64,000 bases of DNA. Source: Pseudomonadota bacterium (GTDB taxonomy: Bacteria > Bdellovibrionota_B > Oligoflexia > Oligoflexales > CAIYRB01). Location of the stretch: positions 1-64,000 of the forward strand of contig JANOTL010000040.1 in NCBI GenBank assembly GCA_031416315.1. Direction: 5' to 3'. The notes beneath the pieces were generated by a model. That model worked only from the letters and a program-made list of their open reading frames with translations. It searched no databases and was not told the DNA's origin. Shown piece by piece: positions 11,607-22,126 of this stretch (its first letter is position 1; each line of letters begins with the position of its first letter). The position numbers were made by a program, and so were the translations under genes.

Positions 11607-13478
11607 ATGCGCCTCGTCCTTCCCTCGACCCTCGCACTTCTGCTCCTGAGCTTGACCGCCGCCTGCGGCGAGACGCCAAAGAACACCAATGTTCCGCCGC
11701 CGCCGGCGAAGCTCGCCCCGCCTCCTTCGCCGCTCTGGGAAAACCTCGCGGCGGCTCTCGGCATCGGTATCAACCAAGAAGCAACCGAGGCGGCGCTCCG
11801 CGCTCAGCTGGCGACGCCGTCGAGCTACCTCGCCAGCGCTCGCGCCGCGGACTACGCCAAGCTCGTCGGCACCGTCGCGCAGACGTACGGCGCCGCGGCT
11901 TATGCAACGCGCTGCGCCGAGATCGTCGCCGTGCAGAAGCTCGCCCCGGCGAAGCTGGTCGATCCGCTCACGGGCAAGGCCGAAGACTTCGCCGGCGCGA
12001 CGCTCCACCTCATGAGCTACAAACTGCAAGCCGACGGCTCGGGGAAGGCCGAGACCAATCCGCGCTCCGGCTTGATCGTGATTCCGACGACGGGAAGCGC
12101 GAACAGCGTCATCGCCGCCTATGCTCACGGCGGCGATTTCGGGCTCGGCTACGCCGAGGTCGCTGCCGCCTTCGGCGAGCTCCAAGGCAATCACGTCGTC
12201 GTCGCGCCGACCTATCCCGGCGAGCCCCTCTGCAAGCAGGCCGCCGACGCCGCCACGCGGGCCTGCGACGCCGCCGGAGTCATCGTCCCCGCGGGCACCC
12301 GCGGTGCCGCCTACGACGCGGACGCCGACGAGCTCCTCGGCATGTATGACTGCGTCATGCGCGCCGGCATCGGCAAGGCCGACGCGAAGATGCTCGACGA
12401 GACCGGCAAGGATACGGGCGTGACGCTCGCCGCCGCGCTCAATCCGCTCTTGAAACGCCACGGCGCTGGCACCGCCGCGCAGGTGCCGCAAGGGATCGTC
12501 TTCGGCACCTCGCGCGGCGGCCTCGTCGCGCAGATCGCGCTGGCGAAGACGGGCGCCGCGCTTTCTGCGCTTTCCGCGGCCTCGGCCGCGAACCCGGCGC
12601 CGCTCGGGCCCGCGTACCTCTCGCCCGCGTATTTCAGCTGCGCCGCGGTCGTCTCCGGCCCCGCGAGCTTCGCCTTCGCCGAATTTCGGCTGATGCTCGA
12701 GCAATGGGTGAAGGGCCGCCTCGCCTCGACGAGCTTCGCCGCCTTTCCGGGCATGGCGAGCCTCTCGGGGCTATTCGACGCGTATCGCGACGGGACCGTC
12801 GCTGCGGACGCCGCGGCGCTCGCCGTCGTGCGCCGCGACGCGCCGCTCACCGCGCCGCTGCAGCTCGCGGCCCTGCGCAACTGGGCGAAGTTCACCCAAG
12901 GCACCGCGAACGGCGGCCCCGGCGCGATGCTCGTGCTCCACGGCCTCTACGACAAAGTGGTCCCGATCTCGCAAGCGCAGCTGAACTTCAACGTGATGCT
13001 GCAAGCCTCCACGAGCCCGACCTTGGTCTCCGCCACCGATCCGGCGAAATCGCCGGGCTTGGCGCTTTTCGGCCGCGGCTTCACACCAAAGGCCGATCTC
13101 CTGGAAGGCGGCAAGCTCAAGGCCGGCCACTTCCAGCACGGCGACGCGGCGTTTTTCGGGAGCACGGCGATCATCCCGGGCGACTTCATCAGCGCGACGG
13201 TCACGGGCCAGGCCTTGCCGTCGGAAGCCGGCGAAGCCGCCGCCAACGGCTTGGCGCAAAAAATTTTCAGCGTGCCGACGCCGTCGGCGGCGCAGTTGAA
13301 GGCCGCGCGCGGCTACATCCTCGCCGGAATCCTCGCCGCGGACGCCGTCCCGAAGCCCGTCGCCGCAGCCGACGCGGCCGGCGGCGAGACGATCCACCTG
13401 GTCGAGGAGGCGCTGACGCCGGCGGCCGCCTTTGGCGCCTGGCGCCTCGGAGCTTGCGCGGCGGCGCTCACGAACTGA
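11607..13478 (+). CDS. Alpha/beta-hydrolase-fold lipoprotein
   Basis: LTAAC lipobox; YAHGG, GTSRGG, LHGLYDKVVP, FQHG. Confidence 0.75.
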   Translation: MRLVLPSTLALLLLSLTAACGETPKNTNVPPPPAKLAPPPSPLWENLAAALGIGINQEATEAALRAQLATPSSYLASARAADYAKLVGTVAQTYGAAAYATRCAEIVAVQKLAPAKLVDPLTGKAEDFAGATLHLMSYKLQADGSGKAETNPRSGLIVIPTTGSANSVIAAYAHGGDFGLGYAEVAAAFGELQGNHVVVAPTYPGEPLCKQAADAATRACDAAGVIVPAGTRGAAYDADADELLGMYDCVMRAGIGKADAKMLDETGKDTGVTLAAALNPLLKRHGAGTAAQVPQGIVFGTSRGGLVAQIALAKTGAALSALSAASAANPAPLGPAYLSPAYFSCAAVVSGPASFAFAEFRLMLEQWVKGRLASTSFAAFPGMASLSGLFDAYRDGTVAADAAALAVVRRDAPLTAPLQLAALRNWAKFTQGTANGGPGAMLVLHGLYDKVVPISQAQLNFNVMLQASTSPTLVSATDPAKSPGLALFGRGFTPKADLLEGGKLKAGHFQHGDAAFFGSTAIIPGDFISATVTGQALPSEAGEAAANGLAQKIFSVPTPSAAQLKAARGYILAGILAADAVPKPVAAADAAGGETIHLVEEALTPAAAFGAWRLGACAAALTN

Positions 13479-13485
13479 AGTCTCG

Positions 13486-15315
13486 ATGGAAGCTACCTAC
13501 CTCCTGCCCGACTTTGCGCGCGCCATGCTCGCGGGCGCCCTCTTTGCTGCGTTCGCCGCCGGCGCGAAAGCCTTCGGTGAGCGCCTCTTCTCCGGGGCGC
13601 GCGCGCGTCATCTGCCGATCTGGGTCCATGCTTCGCTGACGCTCTACGCCTTGGTTTTCGGCGCCACGGTGCTCGAGCTCGCGAACGTCCCGATGCTCGT
13701 TCCGATCGCGGCCGGCGTCATCGCCCTCCAAGCGCTCGGCGCGTTCACGATCGTCCGCGGACGTAGGCTCGATCTCACCGCCGTCGCGCTCTTCTCGCTC
13801 GTCACGCTCTTATGGTCTTACTACACCCGCGACCTCGCCTCGATCGCCTCCGAGCACGACGGCATCACGCACACCGCTTTCATCCTGCGCTTTCTCGACT
13901 CTGGCCACGTCTTCCTGGTGAAGACGCCGCCGGCATTCGCCGCGATCTGGCCGAACGGCGGCGAAACCCTTCGACACTACCCCTGCGGCACGCACGCGAT
14001 CGCGGCCGCCTTCCTCTGGCCATGGACGCACGCGCTCGGGGTCGTCTCCGTCGCCTCCGCGTTGAAGGCGTTTACCGCGCTCGTGCCGGGCCTCCTCGCG
14101 CCGATGCTCCTCGCCGCTTTTCGCGACGAGCCGCGTCGTGCCACCGTCGTCCTGGTCGCGGCGCTCGTCGCCACCGATCCGCGCTTTCCGGTGTGGGCGC
14201 TCGATTCCGGCGGCTTTTCGCGCGCCGTGGGCTATCTGTTGATCTTGCCGCTGGTTTGGTCGATCGCGGCCCTCCCGTTGCCGCTGATCCTGGCGTTCGC
14301 GGTTCCCGTCGCCTTCGCCCTGCATCCGACGTCGGCAGCGGTGCTCGCGATCGTCGCGGGAGGCGCCTTCCTCCTGCAGCGACGCGCCTCGATACCGTTT
14401 TTCCTCGCCGTCGCGACGGGCCTTTTCCTGGTTTTCGCCCAGCTCCATCTGACCGATTCGCTCGGTTATGCGTCCGCGTCGGTCGCGAAAGACGCGCAAT
14501 CGGTGGTCATGAGCGCACGCGAAATCCGCGGGCACGTGCTCACGCTGTACAAGGTCATGTTCTTCGAGGCGTCCGACGCGCGCCTGGGACCGATCGCCTT
14601 CACCGACGTCCTGACGGTCGTCGGTCTGGCCGCCCTGGCGCGCACGCGGCTACCGTGGCTCGTCTTCCTCGCCCTGAGCCTCGTGGCCGCGACGAAATTC
14701 GCCCCGGTCTTCGCGCTGAACGCCGTGGGCGAAATTTTCTATCACAACCGCGAGCGCCTCACCGAAGCGTACTTCTGCATGAAGCCGCTCATCTGGATGG
14801 GCGCTCTTGCCGTGATCGAGCGCCGCGTGCGTCGCCTCCCCTTCCGCGCGGCGATTCTGGGCTTCCTTACGACGTTCCTGGTCGGCGACAAAGTTTTCGC
14901 GCTGCGGCGTACAGAGCGGCACCTCTCGACGCAGTTCGCCTCGTACTCGTCACCGCGTTATTCCGTGGACGAAAAGTTGATGGAGGCGATTCGTCGCAGG
15001 ACGCCGCGAAGCAGCGTCCTCGTTTATCCCCCGCTGAGCCTCGATAGCGTCGAGGCCCGCACCGGCCGGCGCGGCTTTTTCATGTTCCAAGAGTGCCCCG
15101 AGCTGAACGACACCGAAAGCTGCCGGCGCCGCCTTGCCGCCTTCGCCCGCCTGCGGAGCGAATGTCCTTCGCATATCGAAGAGTTGCAGATCCTCGCCGC
15201 GAGCGCGGCGCCGGTGTTCCTCGCCCTGCCGAGCGAGGCGCCGCCGCCGCTTTGTGCGCAGAATCAGGTTGTCGCGCGCGAAAGCGGTTTCACGCTTTAT
15301 CGCCTTCGGCTCTAA
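13486..15315 (+). CDS. Multi-pass membrane protein, GT-C-like architecture
   Basis: More than ten hydrophobic segments; first loop EHDGITH and HYPCGTH; soluble C-terminal domain. Confidence 0.55.
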   Translation: MEATYLLPDFARAMLAGALFAAFAAGAKAFGERLFSGARARHLPIWVHASLTLYALVFGATVLELANVPMLVPIAAGVIALQALGAFTIVRGRRLDLTAVALFSLVTLLWSYYTRDLASIASEHDGITHTAFILRFLDSGHVFLVKTPPAFAAIWPNGGETLRHYPCGTHAIAAAFLWPWTHALGVVSVASALKAFTALVPGLLAPMLLAAFRDEPRRATVVLVAALVATDPRFPVWALDSGGFSRAVGYLLILPLVWSIAALPLPLILAFAVPVAFALHPTSAAVLAIVAGGAFLLQRRASIPFFLAVATGLFLVFAQLHLTDSLGYASASVAKDAQSVVMSAREIRGHVLTLYKVMFFEASDARLGPIAFTDVLTVVGLAALARTRLPWLVFLALSLVAATKFAPVFALNAVGEIFYHNRERLTEAYFCMKPLIWMGALAVIERRVRRLPFRAAILGFLTTFLVGDKVFALRRTERHLSTQFASYSSPRYSVDEKLMEAIRRRTPRSSVLVYPPLSLDSVEARTGRRGFFMFQECPELNDTESCRRRLAAFARLRSECPSHIEELQILAASAAPVFLALPSEAPPPLCAQNQVVARESGFTLYRLRL

Positions 15316-15340
15316 TGCTCCCGTTCAACCAGGAGCGCCC

Positions 15341-16537
15341 ATGCGACCGATCTTCGCCCTTTTCGCCTGCGTTTTTGCGTCGAGCGCCGCGGCCGACGTC
15401 GTCACGAACGGATACATCGAGCGCCAGACGCATCTCGTCTGGGTGCACGGCGGCAAGGCGGTCCTCGCGCGCTGTCTCGACGGCACGACGATCTTCAGCC
15501 ACGATACTTGCCGGCAGGTCGTCCTCGTCGCTTCGGCCCCGCTCTTTTTTGCCGAGCTCACCGCCCACTACGAGGGCGATCTCCCGCGCGCCGAGACCTT
15601 GATCCGCGAGACTTGGGTGAACCTCGAGCGCGTCGACACGCGCCTCTTCGAGCTCGTCGCCGCCGTCATGCCAGATCCGGGGGCCGAGGTCGTCACCGTC
15701 GAGCAGCTGGAGCGCGCAGCCCGCGCGCTCGCCTCGGCCGAAGGCAGCGCCGCCGCTACCCGGGACCAAATCGCCCGCGTCGCCGAGGAGCTCGCCTCCG
15801 GCACCGGCGATCCCGAGCTGGTCGCGCAGCTGGAGGTCCTGAAAAAATCCCTGAATTTGCAGTCCGAGGCCGCTGAAACGCGGCGCTCCGATCTTTCTTC
15901 CCTGCGCCGCCGCTACGTGGCGCAACGCTCCCTGGAGGACGACGCCGACTTCAACGATCTGAAGGCGATGCGCGAGCGGCTCGTCTCGCGCTTGAGCGAG
16001 GCCCGCACTTCGCTTCGCTTTGCCCTGGCGCAAGCCGCACGCGGCGCGACCATGTCCCGGCGCGTCGCCGAGACCTTCGCTTGGGACGAGACCCTCGGGC
16101 ATTTTTCCCCGCATCCCGTCGTCTCGGCCGTGGAATCGGCCGAGCGCGCCGCGCGCACGTTCAGGGTGAGCTCCCCGGATCCGAGGGCCTTACTGATGCT
16201 CGAGGTCACGCGCCAAGGCCGGTACGAGAGCTTCCGCTGCAACTTCGGCCTCCGGCCCTCGCCGGCGACGGCGCCGATGAGCTGCAAGCTATTGATCGCA
16301 ACCGGCGGCGATTACGTGCGCGTCGGCCTCACCCGCGTCGGCGACGGCACGCTCGAATTCCAGCCGCAGTTCCAGCCGAACTCGAGCGAATACGAGACGC
16401 TGATGCGCATGGGGCTCATCACGCCGGTCGTCGGCGAGGGCTTATGGGCCTTTCACCTCGAATGCGCGCTCGACGACGGCGGCGTTCCCGACGCGTTCGG
16501 TCCTGGCAGCTGCGCCCTGACCTTCAAGCGCGAATGA
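15341..16537 (+). CDS. Secreted hypothetical protein with a central coiled coil
   Basis: AGGAG RBS, signal peptide ending AAA-D, long heptad helical middle, Cys-containing terminal domains. Confidence 0.65.
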   Translation: MRPIFALFACVFASSAAADVVTNGYIERQTHLVWVHGGKAVLARCLDGTTIFSHDTCRQVVLVASAPLFFAELTAHYEGDLPRAETLIRETWVNLERVDTRLFELVAAVMPDPGAEVVTVEQLERAARALASAEGSAAATRDQIARVAEELASGTGDPELVAQLEVLKKSLNLQSEAAETRRSDLSSLRRRYVAQRSLEDDADFNDLKAMRERLVSRLSEARTSLRFALAQAARGATMSRRVAETFAWDETLGHFSPHPVVSAVESAERAARTFRVSSPDPRALLMLEVTRQGRYESFRCNFGLRPSPATAPMSCKLLIATGGDYVRVGLTRVGDGTLEFQPQFQPNSSEYETLMRMGLITPVVGEGLWAFHLECALDDGGVPDAFGPGSCALTFKRE

Positions 16538-16729
16538 GCGAATCCGCCCGCGATGCCGACTGCGAGCGCGATGCCCGCGGGCGTCGCGAAGGTCGCGAGG
16601 CACAGCGGGCACTTGGGCACAAGCACTGCGAGCGTCGTACGCACGATCCGCTAGGCTGAGACTCGAAAGACTGCCTAGCGTTCATCGCGCACGACGCATC
16701 GCCCTGCGACTAGGGATGGGGGTTAGCGC

Positions 16730-17191
16730 TTAGTTCGCGCCGGCCTCCGAGCCGCCCTCGTCCGCACGGAGAACCAGCGCGAAGCCGACGTCGTCGCCGT
16801 CACCACGCGTCTCGACCATCTCGTAGGTCGTGAGCGAGGCGCAGTCGTTCGTACGCTCAGTGCCCCAGGTCGGCTGCACGGTGAGCGTCTCGAGGATATC
16901 GCCGGTCGAATCGAGCGGGAAGGCGACCGAGAAGGCGACGTCGTCACGCTGCTCGTCGAGGACGAGGCGCCACACGCCCTCTTGCGCCGGCGCCAGCCAA
17001 ACTTGCGCGTCGTCGCCTTCGAAGCCCCAGGTGGTGGCGAAGTTGATGGCGTAGCTCGTCTGGTTGACGAGGCAAACGGAGGCGACCGCCTCCTCGCCCA
17101 AGATCTGTTGCGTCACTTGCGGCGCAGCGATCGACGGCGTGGCGAAGAGTCCGAAAACGGCACCGGCGAGAGCTAGAAATTGAGTGCGCAT
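16730..17191 (-). CDS. Secreted acidic hypothetical protein
   Basis: AAGGAG RBS, signal peptide ending SIA-A, two Cys. Confidence 0.65.
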   Translation of the reverse strand: MRTQFLALAGAVFGLFATPSIAAPQVTQQILGEEAVASVCLVNQTSYAINFATTWGFEGDDAQVWLAPAQEGVWRLVLDEQRDDVAFSVAFPLDSTGDILETLTVQPTWGTERTNDCASLTTYEMVETRGDGDDVGFALVLRADEGGSEAGAN

Positions 17192-17240
17192 GGATGGGGT
17201 CTCCTTAGGTTGCGTTCATGCTACAGCCCACTGAATCGAC

Positions 17241-17259
17241 AGCGAAATATGATTTCGCT
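17241..17259. promoter_or_regulatory. Palindromic operator candidate
   Basis: AGCGAAAT-ATG-ATTTCGCT, 50 bp upstream of the 17191 start. Confidence 0.4.
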
Positions 17260-17369
17260 CAAAGTTGCGGGAGAACTTCAGCGTCACTGAAGGGCATGTG
17301 TATTGCAAAGGAGACGGCGCAGCCATTTCGCGGTCTGAAAAAGACACCCGCTGAGGCGCGCCTCATTTT

Positions 17370-17599
17370 CTACGAAGACGTCCGCTCTACGAAATGCCGC
17401 GTCTCTGCGGCCAGCTCCGTCAGAACCTCTGCCTCCCTGCATTCATGTAGGGGAACTGATAACGGTACGTGCCGATACCTTCGGCCTGCAGCGCTTGCGC
17501 CAAGGCCGTCATCGCTGGATGCATCATGCCAGCACCGGCACCATGTGCGAGCACGAGGAGAGCCTTGGCCCGCGGCGGGACCTCGACTAGGACGCTCAT
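17370..17599 (-). pseudogene. Internally deleted alpha/beta hydrolase (KANL3/Tex30-like)
   Basis: N-terminus VLAHGAGAGM..YQFPYM stops at 17420; a different frame from ~17433 reads AEVLTELAAETRHFV*, like the family C-terminal helix; catalytic middle absent. Confidence 0.7.
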
Positions 17600-18318
17600 C
17601 GAAACCCATCCTTCAGCGATCGCAATTCGCCAAAATGCTGGGCATTGCCGGCACGAAGGAACGGATTGGTGGCGAGCTCCTCGCCGATCGACGAGGGCAC
17701 GGTCGGCAAGCCTCGCGCGCGCAAAGCCTGGATCTTCGCGCCGCGCTCGCGCAGCGTCGCGTTGTCGCCGTCGACGCTCAAGGCAAAGCGAAGATTCGCC
17801 TCGGTGTATTCGTGCGCGCCGTAAATTTGCGTCGCGGGCGGTAAGGCCATCAGCTTCCCGAGGCTCGTCCACATTTGCTGCGGCGTCCCTTCGAAGAGCC
17901 GACCGCAGCCGAGCGCGAACAGGACGTCGCCAGAGAACAGCGCCGCCTCCGCGGCGAACCAGTAGGCGATGTGGCCGCGCGTGTGCCCGGGTACGTCGAA
18001 AATTTTCGCCTCGGTCGCGCCGAAGGCGAAGGTGTCGCCCTCGCCGAGCGTCTCGTCGATCAGCGGGATGCGGTCTTGATCGGCGCGCGGGCCGACGACC
18101 CTGCAGCCCGTCTCCTTCACGAGGCGACGATTGCCGCCCACGTGGTCACCGTGGTGGTGAGTGTTGAGGATGTAGGTCAAGCGCCAGCTGCGACGCGCGA
18201 GCTCCGCGAGGACCGGCTCGGCTTCGGCCGGGTCGACCACGGCGACCAGCCCCTGGCGCGGTTCTCTCAACAGATAGACATAGTTGTCGCTGAGAACGGG
18301 GATCTGGACGATGTCCAT
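17596..18318 (-). CDS. gloB: Hydroxyacylglutathione hydrolase (glyoxalase II)
   Basis: DNYVYL, THHHGDHVGG, PGHTRGH, GCGRLFEG, AHEYT, NPFLR; alternative GTG start 18339. Confidence 0.95.
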   Translation of the reverse strand: MDIVQIPVLSDNYVYLLREPRQGLVAVVDPAEAEPVLAELARRSWRLTYILNTHHHGDHVGGNRRLVKETGCRVVGPRADQDRIPLIDETLGEGDTFAFGATEAKIFDVPGHTRGHIAYWFAAEAALFSGDVLFALGCGRLFEGTPQQMWTSLGKLMALPPATQIYGAHEYTEANLRFALSVDGDNATLRERGAKIQALRARGLPTVPSSIGEELATNPFLRAGNAQHFGELRSLKDGFR

Positions 18319-18335
18319 GGAGCTGTGCGACACCC

Positions 18336-20498
18336 TCACGCCATCGAGCGCGCAAACGGCAAAGTCCGCACCCGAGTCTTCGTGAGCTTGTAGACCGCAT
18401 TCGCCACCGCCGGCGCGATCGGCGGCACGCCCGGCTCGCCGAGGCCGGTGGGGGCGTCGGTGGACGGCACGAATGCGATTTCGACGACCGGCATCTCGCT
18501 CATCCGCAGGACCGGAAAATCATCGAAGTTCCCCGTGACGACCGCGCCCTTCTCGATCTTGATCTCCTGGTACAGCGCTGCCGAAAGGCCGAAGACGATG
18601 GCGCTTTCGACCTGAGATTTTGCCACCTCGGGATTCACCACCTGACCGCAATGCGCGGCGGCCCAGACCCGGTGCACACGCGGCGTCTTGCCGTCGAGCG
18701 AGACCTCGACGACCTGGCCGACCACGGTGTTGAAGGATTCGTGCACGGCGAGGCCGAACGCACGGCCCTTTTCCGGCTTCTTCTTCGGCCAACCGGAAAT
18801 CTTGGCGAGGAGGTCCAGGACCGCGACGTGCCGCGGCGACTTCTTCGCCAGCTCGCGACGCATCGTCAAAGGATCTTTGCCGGTCGCCTCGGCGAGCTCG
18901 TCCATCATGGTCTCCATGACGAACGCGGTGTGCGTGTGCCCGACCGAACGCCACCATAAGGTGGTCATCGGCGAGTCGGCGAGAGTCTGCCGGCAGCGGA
19001 AAGGACCGACGTCGTAATGCGTGCCCGCGATGCCCTCGACCGCGGTGCCTTCGATGCCGTTCTTCACCATCATCGCCTCGAAGGGCGTGCCCTTCATGAT
19101 GCCCTGGCAAACGACGTGATGATCCCATGCGACCAGCTTCTTCTTGTCGAAGCCGAGCGTGACGCGGTGAAAAGCCATCGGCCGGTAGTAGCCGCCGCGC
19201 ATGTCGTCTTCGCGGCTCCACACGACTTTGAGGGGCTTTTTCACTTCTTTGGCGAGCTGGGCCGCGATCACGACGTAGTCGCAGGTCTTGCTGGCGCGGC
19301 GGCCGAAGCTTCCGCCGGCATAAGTCGTGTTGACCTTCACGGAGGCCGGCGGAATGCCGAGCACCTGCGCCGCAGCGCCTTGGTCGACGCCCGGCATCTG
19401 GTGTCCGGACCAGAGCTCGCAGGTGGTGCCGTCGAAGTTGATCGTGACGTTGAGGGGCTCCATCGAAGCATGCGCCAGGAAAGGCAGCAGGTAGTCCATC
19501 GACCTCTTGTCGGTGGCCTTCGCCATGCTCTCGTCGACCTTGCCCCGCTCCTCGGCGAGCGGCGCGTCGGTCGCCTCGGCGTGCTTCTTGAAATCGGCCT
19601 CGATGCTGGCGGTCGAGACGGCGGATTCGGCCACGTCCCACGTGACTACGAGCGCGTCGCGGCCTTTGCGCGCGGCGTGCGTATTCTTGCCCAGGACAGC
19701 GACTCGGTCCGCGAACTTCACGACGTCGAGCACGCCGGGGACCGCGCGCGCGGCCTTGTCGTCGACGGCCGTCGCCTTGGCGCCCGCGACGGGCGGATGC
19801 GCGACCATCGCGTACATCATGCCGGGAAGGCGGACATCCATCGCGAACTGCGCCGTGCCGTTCGACTTCGCCGGAGCGTCGACGCGCGGCATCGATTTCC
19901 CGATGAATTTGTAGTCTTTCGGCGCCTTCAGCTTGACGTCGGTCGGCACGGGGAGCTGGTTCGCCTCGTCGACGAGCTCGCCGTAGCGAAGCTTGCCCTT
20001 CGTCTTGTGGACGATGGCGCCCTTCTCCGCTTTGCACGACTCGGGCTTCACGCCCCAGCGCGCTGCAGCCGCGGACTTCAGCATCTCACGCATCGTCGCG
20101 CCGATGCGGCGGTGCTGCTCCCAGGACGACGCGAGCGCGGTCGAGCCACCGGTCATCTGGATGCCCATGAACGGGTGGTTGTAAACCGGGTTCACCTCGG
20201 CGGAGACCGAGCTGATCTTCGTCCAGTCGCATTCCAGCTCGTCGGCGATCAACTGTGCCATCGACGTGTTCACGCCTTGGCCCATCTCCAGCTTGTTGAT
20301 GACGATCGTGATCGAATCGTCCGGCGCGATGCGGACGAAGGCGTTCGGCGGATAAGACTGCGGCGCGGCGCCGCCCTGCGCGAAGGCGCGCTGCATGCCG
20401 AACGGAACGTAGTATGCGAGGACGAGGCCACCCGCGGCGATCGCCGTGGTCTTCAGCAGCTGACGCCGGGAAAGCTCGAGATCTAGCGTCTTTTCCAT
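18336..20498 (-). CDS. iorB: Molybdopterin-binding subunit, isoquinoline 1-oxidoreductase beta-like, Tat-exported
   Basis: SRRQLLK Tat motif; EMGQGV, TGGS, GGSFGRR, WWRSVG, GLGEPG. Confidence 0.9.
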   Translation of the reverse strand: MEKTLDLELSRRQLLKTTAIAAGGLVLAYYVPFGMQRAFAQGGAAPQSYPPNAFVRIAPDDSITIVINKLEMGQGVNTSMAQLIADELECDWTKISSVSAEVNPVYNHPFMGIQMTGGSTALASSWEQHRRIGATMREMLKSAAAARWGVKPESCKAEKGAIVHKTKGKLRYGELVDEANQLPVPTDVKLKAPKDYKFIGKSMPRVDAPAKSNGTAQFAMDVRLPGMMYAMVAHPPVAGAKATAVDDKAARAVPGVLDVVKFADRVAVLGKNTHAARKGRDALVVTWDVAESAVSTASIEADFKKHAEATDAPLAEERGKVDESMAKATDKRSMDYLLPFLAHASMEPLNVTINFDGTTCELWSGHQMPGVDQGAAAQVLGIPPASVKVNTTYAGGSFGRRASKTCDYVVIAAQLAKEVKKPLKVVWSREDDMRGGYYRPMAFHRVTLGFDKKKLVAWDHHVVCQGIMKGTPFEAMMVKNGIEGTAVEGIAGTHYDVGPFRCRQTLADSPMTTLWWRSVGHTHTAFVMETMMDELAEATGKDPLTMRRELAKKSPRHVAVLDLLAKISGWPKKKPEKGRAFGLAVHESFNTVVGQVVEVSLDGKTPRVHRVWAAAHCGQVVNPEVAKSQVESAIVFGLSAALYQEIKIEKGAVVTGNFDDFPVLRMSEMPVVEIAFVPSTDAPTGLGEPGVPPIAPAVANAVYKLTKTRVRTLPFARSMA

Positions 20499-20505
20499 GG
20501 TCACC

Positions 20506-20958
20506 TCAGGCGAGCGATTTGGAGGCTTGTTTGATGGCCGTTCGAATGCGCTGGTAAGTGCCGCAGCGGCAGAGGTTGCCGCTCATCGCCGCGTCGATCT
20601 CCGCGTCGGTGGGCTTTTTCTTCTCGCGCAGGAGCGCCACGGCCGACATGACCTGGCCCGATTGGCAGTACCCGCACTGCGGCACGGCGTTCTCGACCCA
20701 GGCTTTCTGGACCGCGATCGTCGTCTGGTCATTCATGCCTTCGATTGTGGTGATCGCCTTGCCCGCCGCCGCCGAGACGGGGAACGAGCACGAGCGGACG
20801 GGCTGGCCGTCGACGTGCACGGTGCAAGCGCCGCACAATGCTTTGCCGCAGCCGTACTTCGTGCCGGTCAGGCCGAGCTCGTCGCGCACGACCCAAAGGA
20901 GCGGCGTCTCGGGATCCACGTCGACGGGCATCGCTTTGCCGTTGATCTTCAGCTCCAC
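20506..20958 (-). CDS. iorA: (2Fe-2S)-binding small subunit
   Basis: [33 protein letters not shown]. Confidence 0.93.
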   Translation of the reverse strand: MELKINGKAMPVDVDPETPLLWVVRDELGLTGTKYGCGKALCGACTVHVDGQPVRSCSFPVSAAAGKAITTIEGMNDQTTIAVQKAWVENAVPQCGYCQSGQVMSAVALLREKKKPTDAEIDAAMSGNLCRCGTYQRIRTAIKQASKSLA

Positions 20959-21004
20959 GGGAACTCCTTTCAGGTCGGGGAAAATTCCTTGCTACAATAC
21001 ACGG

Positions 21005-22126
21005 GTGAGCCGTTCCCTGATATCGAGCCTGGTCGCGGTCGCGTGGGGTCACCTGGCGCCGCAATCGATGCTGCGTCCGCGCGAGCCGATCTTCCTGATC
21101 AATCGGGACAAAGCCTCGACATACGAGGTTTGCCTGCCGGCGTCGGCGGTAGAAGTGCCCGGATTAGAAGCAGAAGTCGAGGCAGCGGCTCGAGTTTGGG
21201 CGCGCGCGGTCGGCCGCGAGCTGCGGGTGGAGTTTCGGCGCGGCTGCGACAAGGGCGGCGATCTCCTCTTCGCCTTTCGGGCGCTACGCGAGCAGGCCTT
21301 GGGCGAGACGGGCTTCAAGCAGACGACGACCACGACGACGACCGCCAACTCGAAGACCGTCGAGCAAAAAGCGAACGGCCGGTACCTGTACCTGCGCGAC
21401 TTCGCCAAGGCGCCACTGAAGGAGAACCCGAAGCTCGCCTGGATCTCGGCCCGTGAGGCGTTCAAGATGAAGGCGGAGCCGACGGCTGACGAAATTTTGG
21501 CCCGTCTCGAAGCGCGCGATGCGGTGGTCTACTCCCTCGACGACAAAGTCGTACGGCTCATGGTCCTCATTCATGAGTTCGGACATGTGTGGGGTTTGTG
21601 CGATCTTTACTCTTCGAACCAGCGCTGCGACCCGAAGCATGCGACAACCCTAGATGCCGACGGCCGTGGCTCGGCGGTGATGGGGCCGAACGGCCCGCGC
21701 CAGCCGCTCTTCCTCGGCGACGACGATTTCGCCGGCATCCGCGCCCTGGCCTTGCGCCAAGGGTTCGACGCCGGCTGGAAGACCCCGGTGAAAGTGCTGA
21801 AAAAGGCGCAGCCTCCCGCGAAGCTCCCCGAGGTGGAGGTCTACCAGGCCCAGCTCGCCTCGAAGCCCAAAGGCAAGGTGGTGAAGATCCGCGCGCAGAT
21901 CGTCACCAACCGGCCGGCGCGGTTTTGGCTCGAGGCGCGGCTCAAAGGTACGGAAGACTGGCGCCCAGTGTCGAAAGGCCACACCGGCAAGCCGCGTGTC
22001 GACGAGCCCCGCCTGAATTACACGCTCGAGCTGGAGCAGGATGCGAGCGAGCTCGACTTTCGGGTGAGCCTGGAGGTCCAGACTGCGGGCGGCAAGTGGG
22101 CTGCGGCGCGGCACATAGGCCTTTAG
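21005..22126 (+). CDS. Metzincin-type zinc metalloprotease
   Basis: [11 protein letters not shown] zinc motif, SAVM Met-turn, [13 protein letters not shown] start inferred. Confidence 0.75.
   Translation: MSRSLISSLVAVAWGHLAPQSMLRPREPIFLINRDKASTYEVCLPASAVEVPGLEAEVEAAARVWARAVGRELRVEFRRGCDKGGDLLFAFRALREQALGETGFKQTTTTTTTANSKTVEQKANGRYLYLRDFAKAPLKENPKLAWISAREAFKMKAEPTADEILARLEARDAVVYSLDDKVVRLMVLIHEFGHVWGLCDLYSSNQRCDPKHATTLDADGRGSAVMGPNGPRQPLFLGDDDFAGIRALALRQGFDAGWKTPVKVLKKAQPPAKLPEVEVYQAQLASKPKGKVVKIRAQIVTNRPARFWLEARLKGTEDWRPVSKGHTGKPRVDEPRLNYTLELEQDASELDFRVSLEVQTAGGKWAAARHIGL

Noticed and set aside
21323..21343. (ACG/ACC)7 tract as a phase-variation switch
   Set aside because: Trinucleotide, interrupted and in frame (poly-Thr); slippage would not switch the gene off
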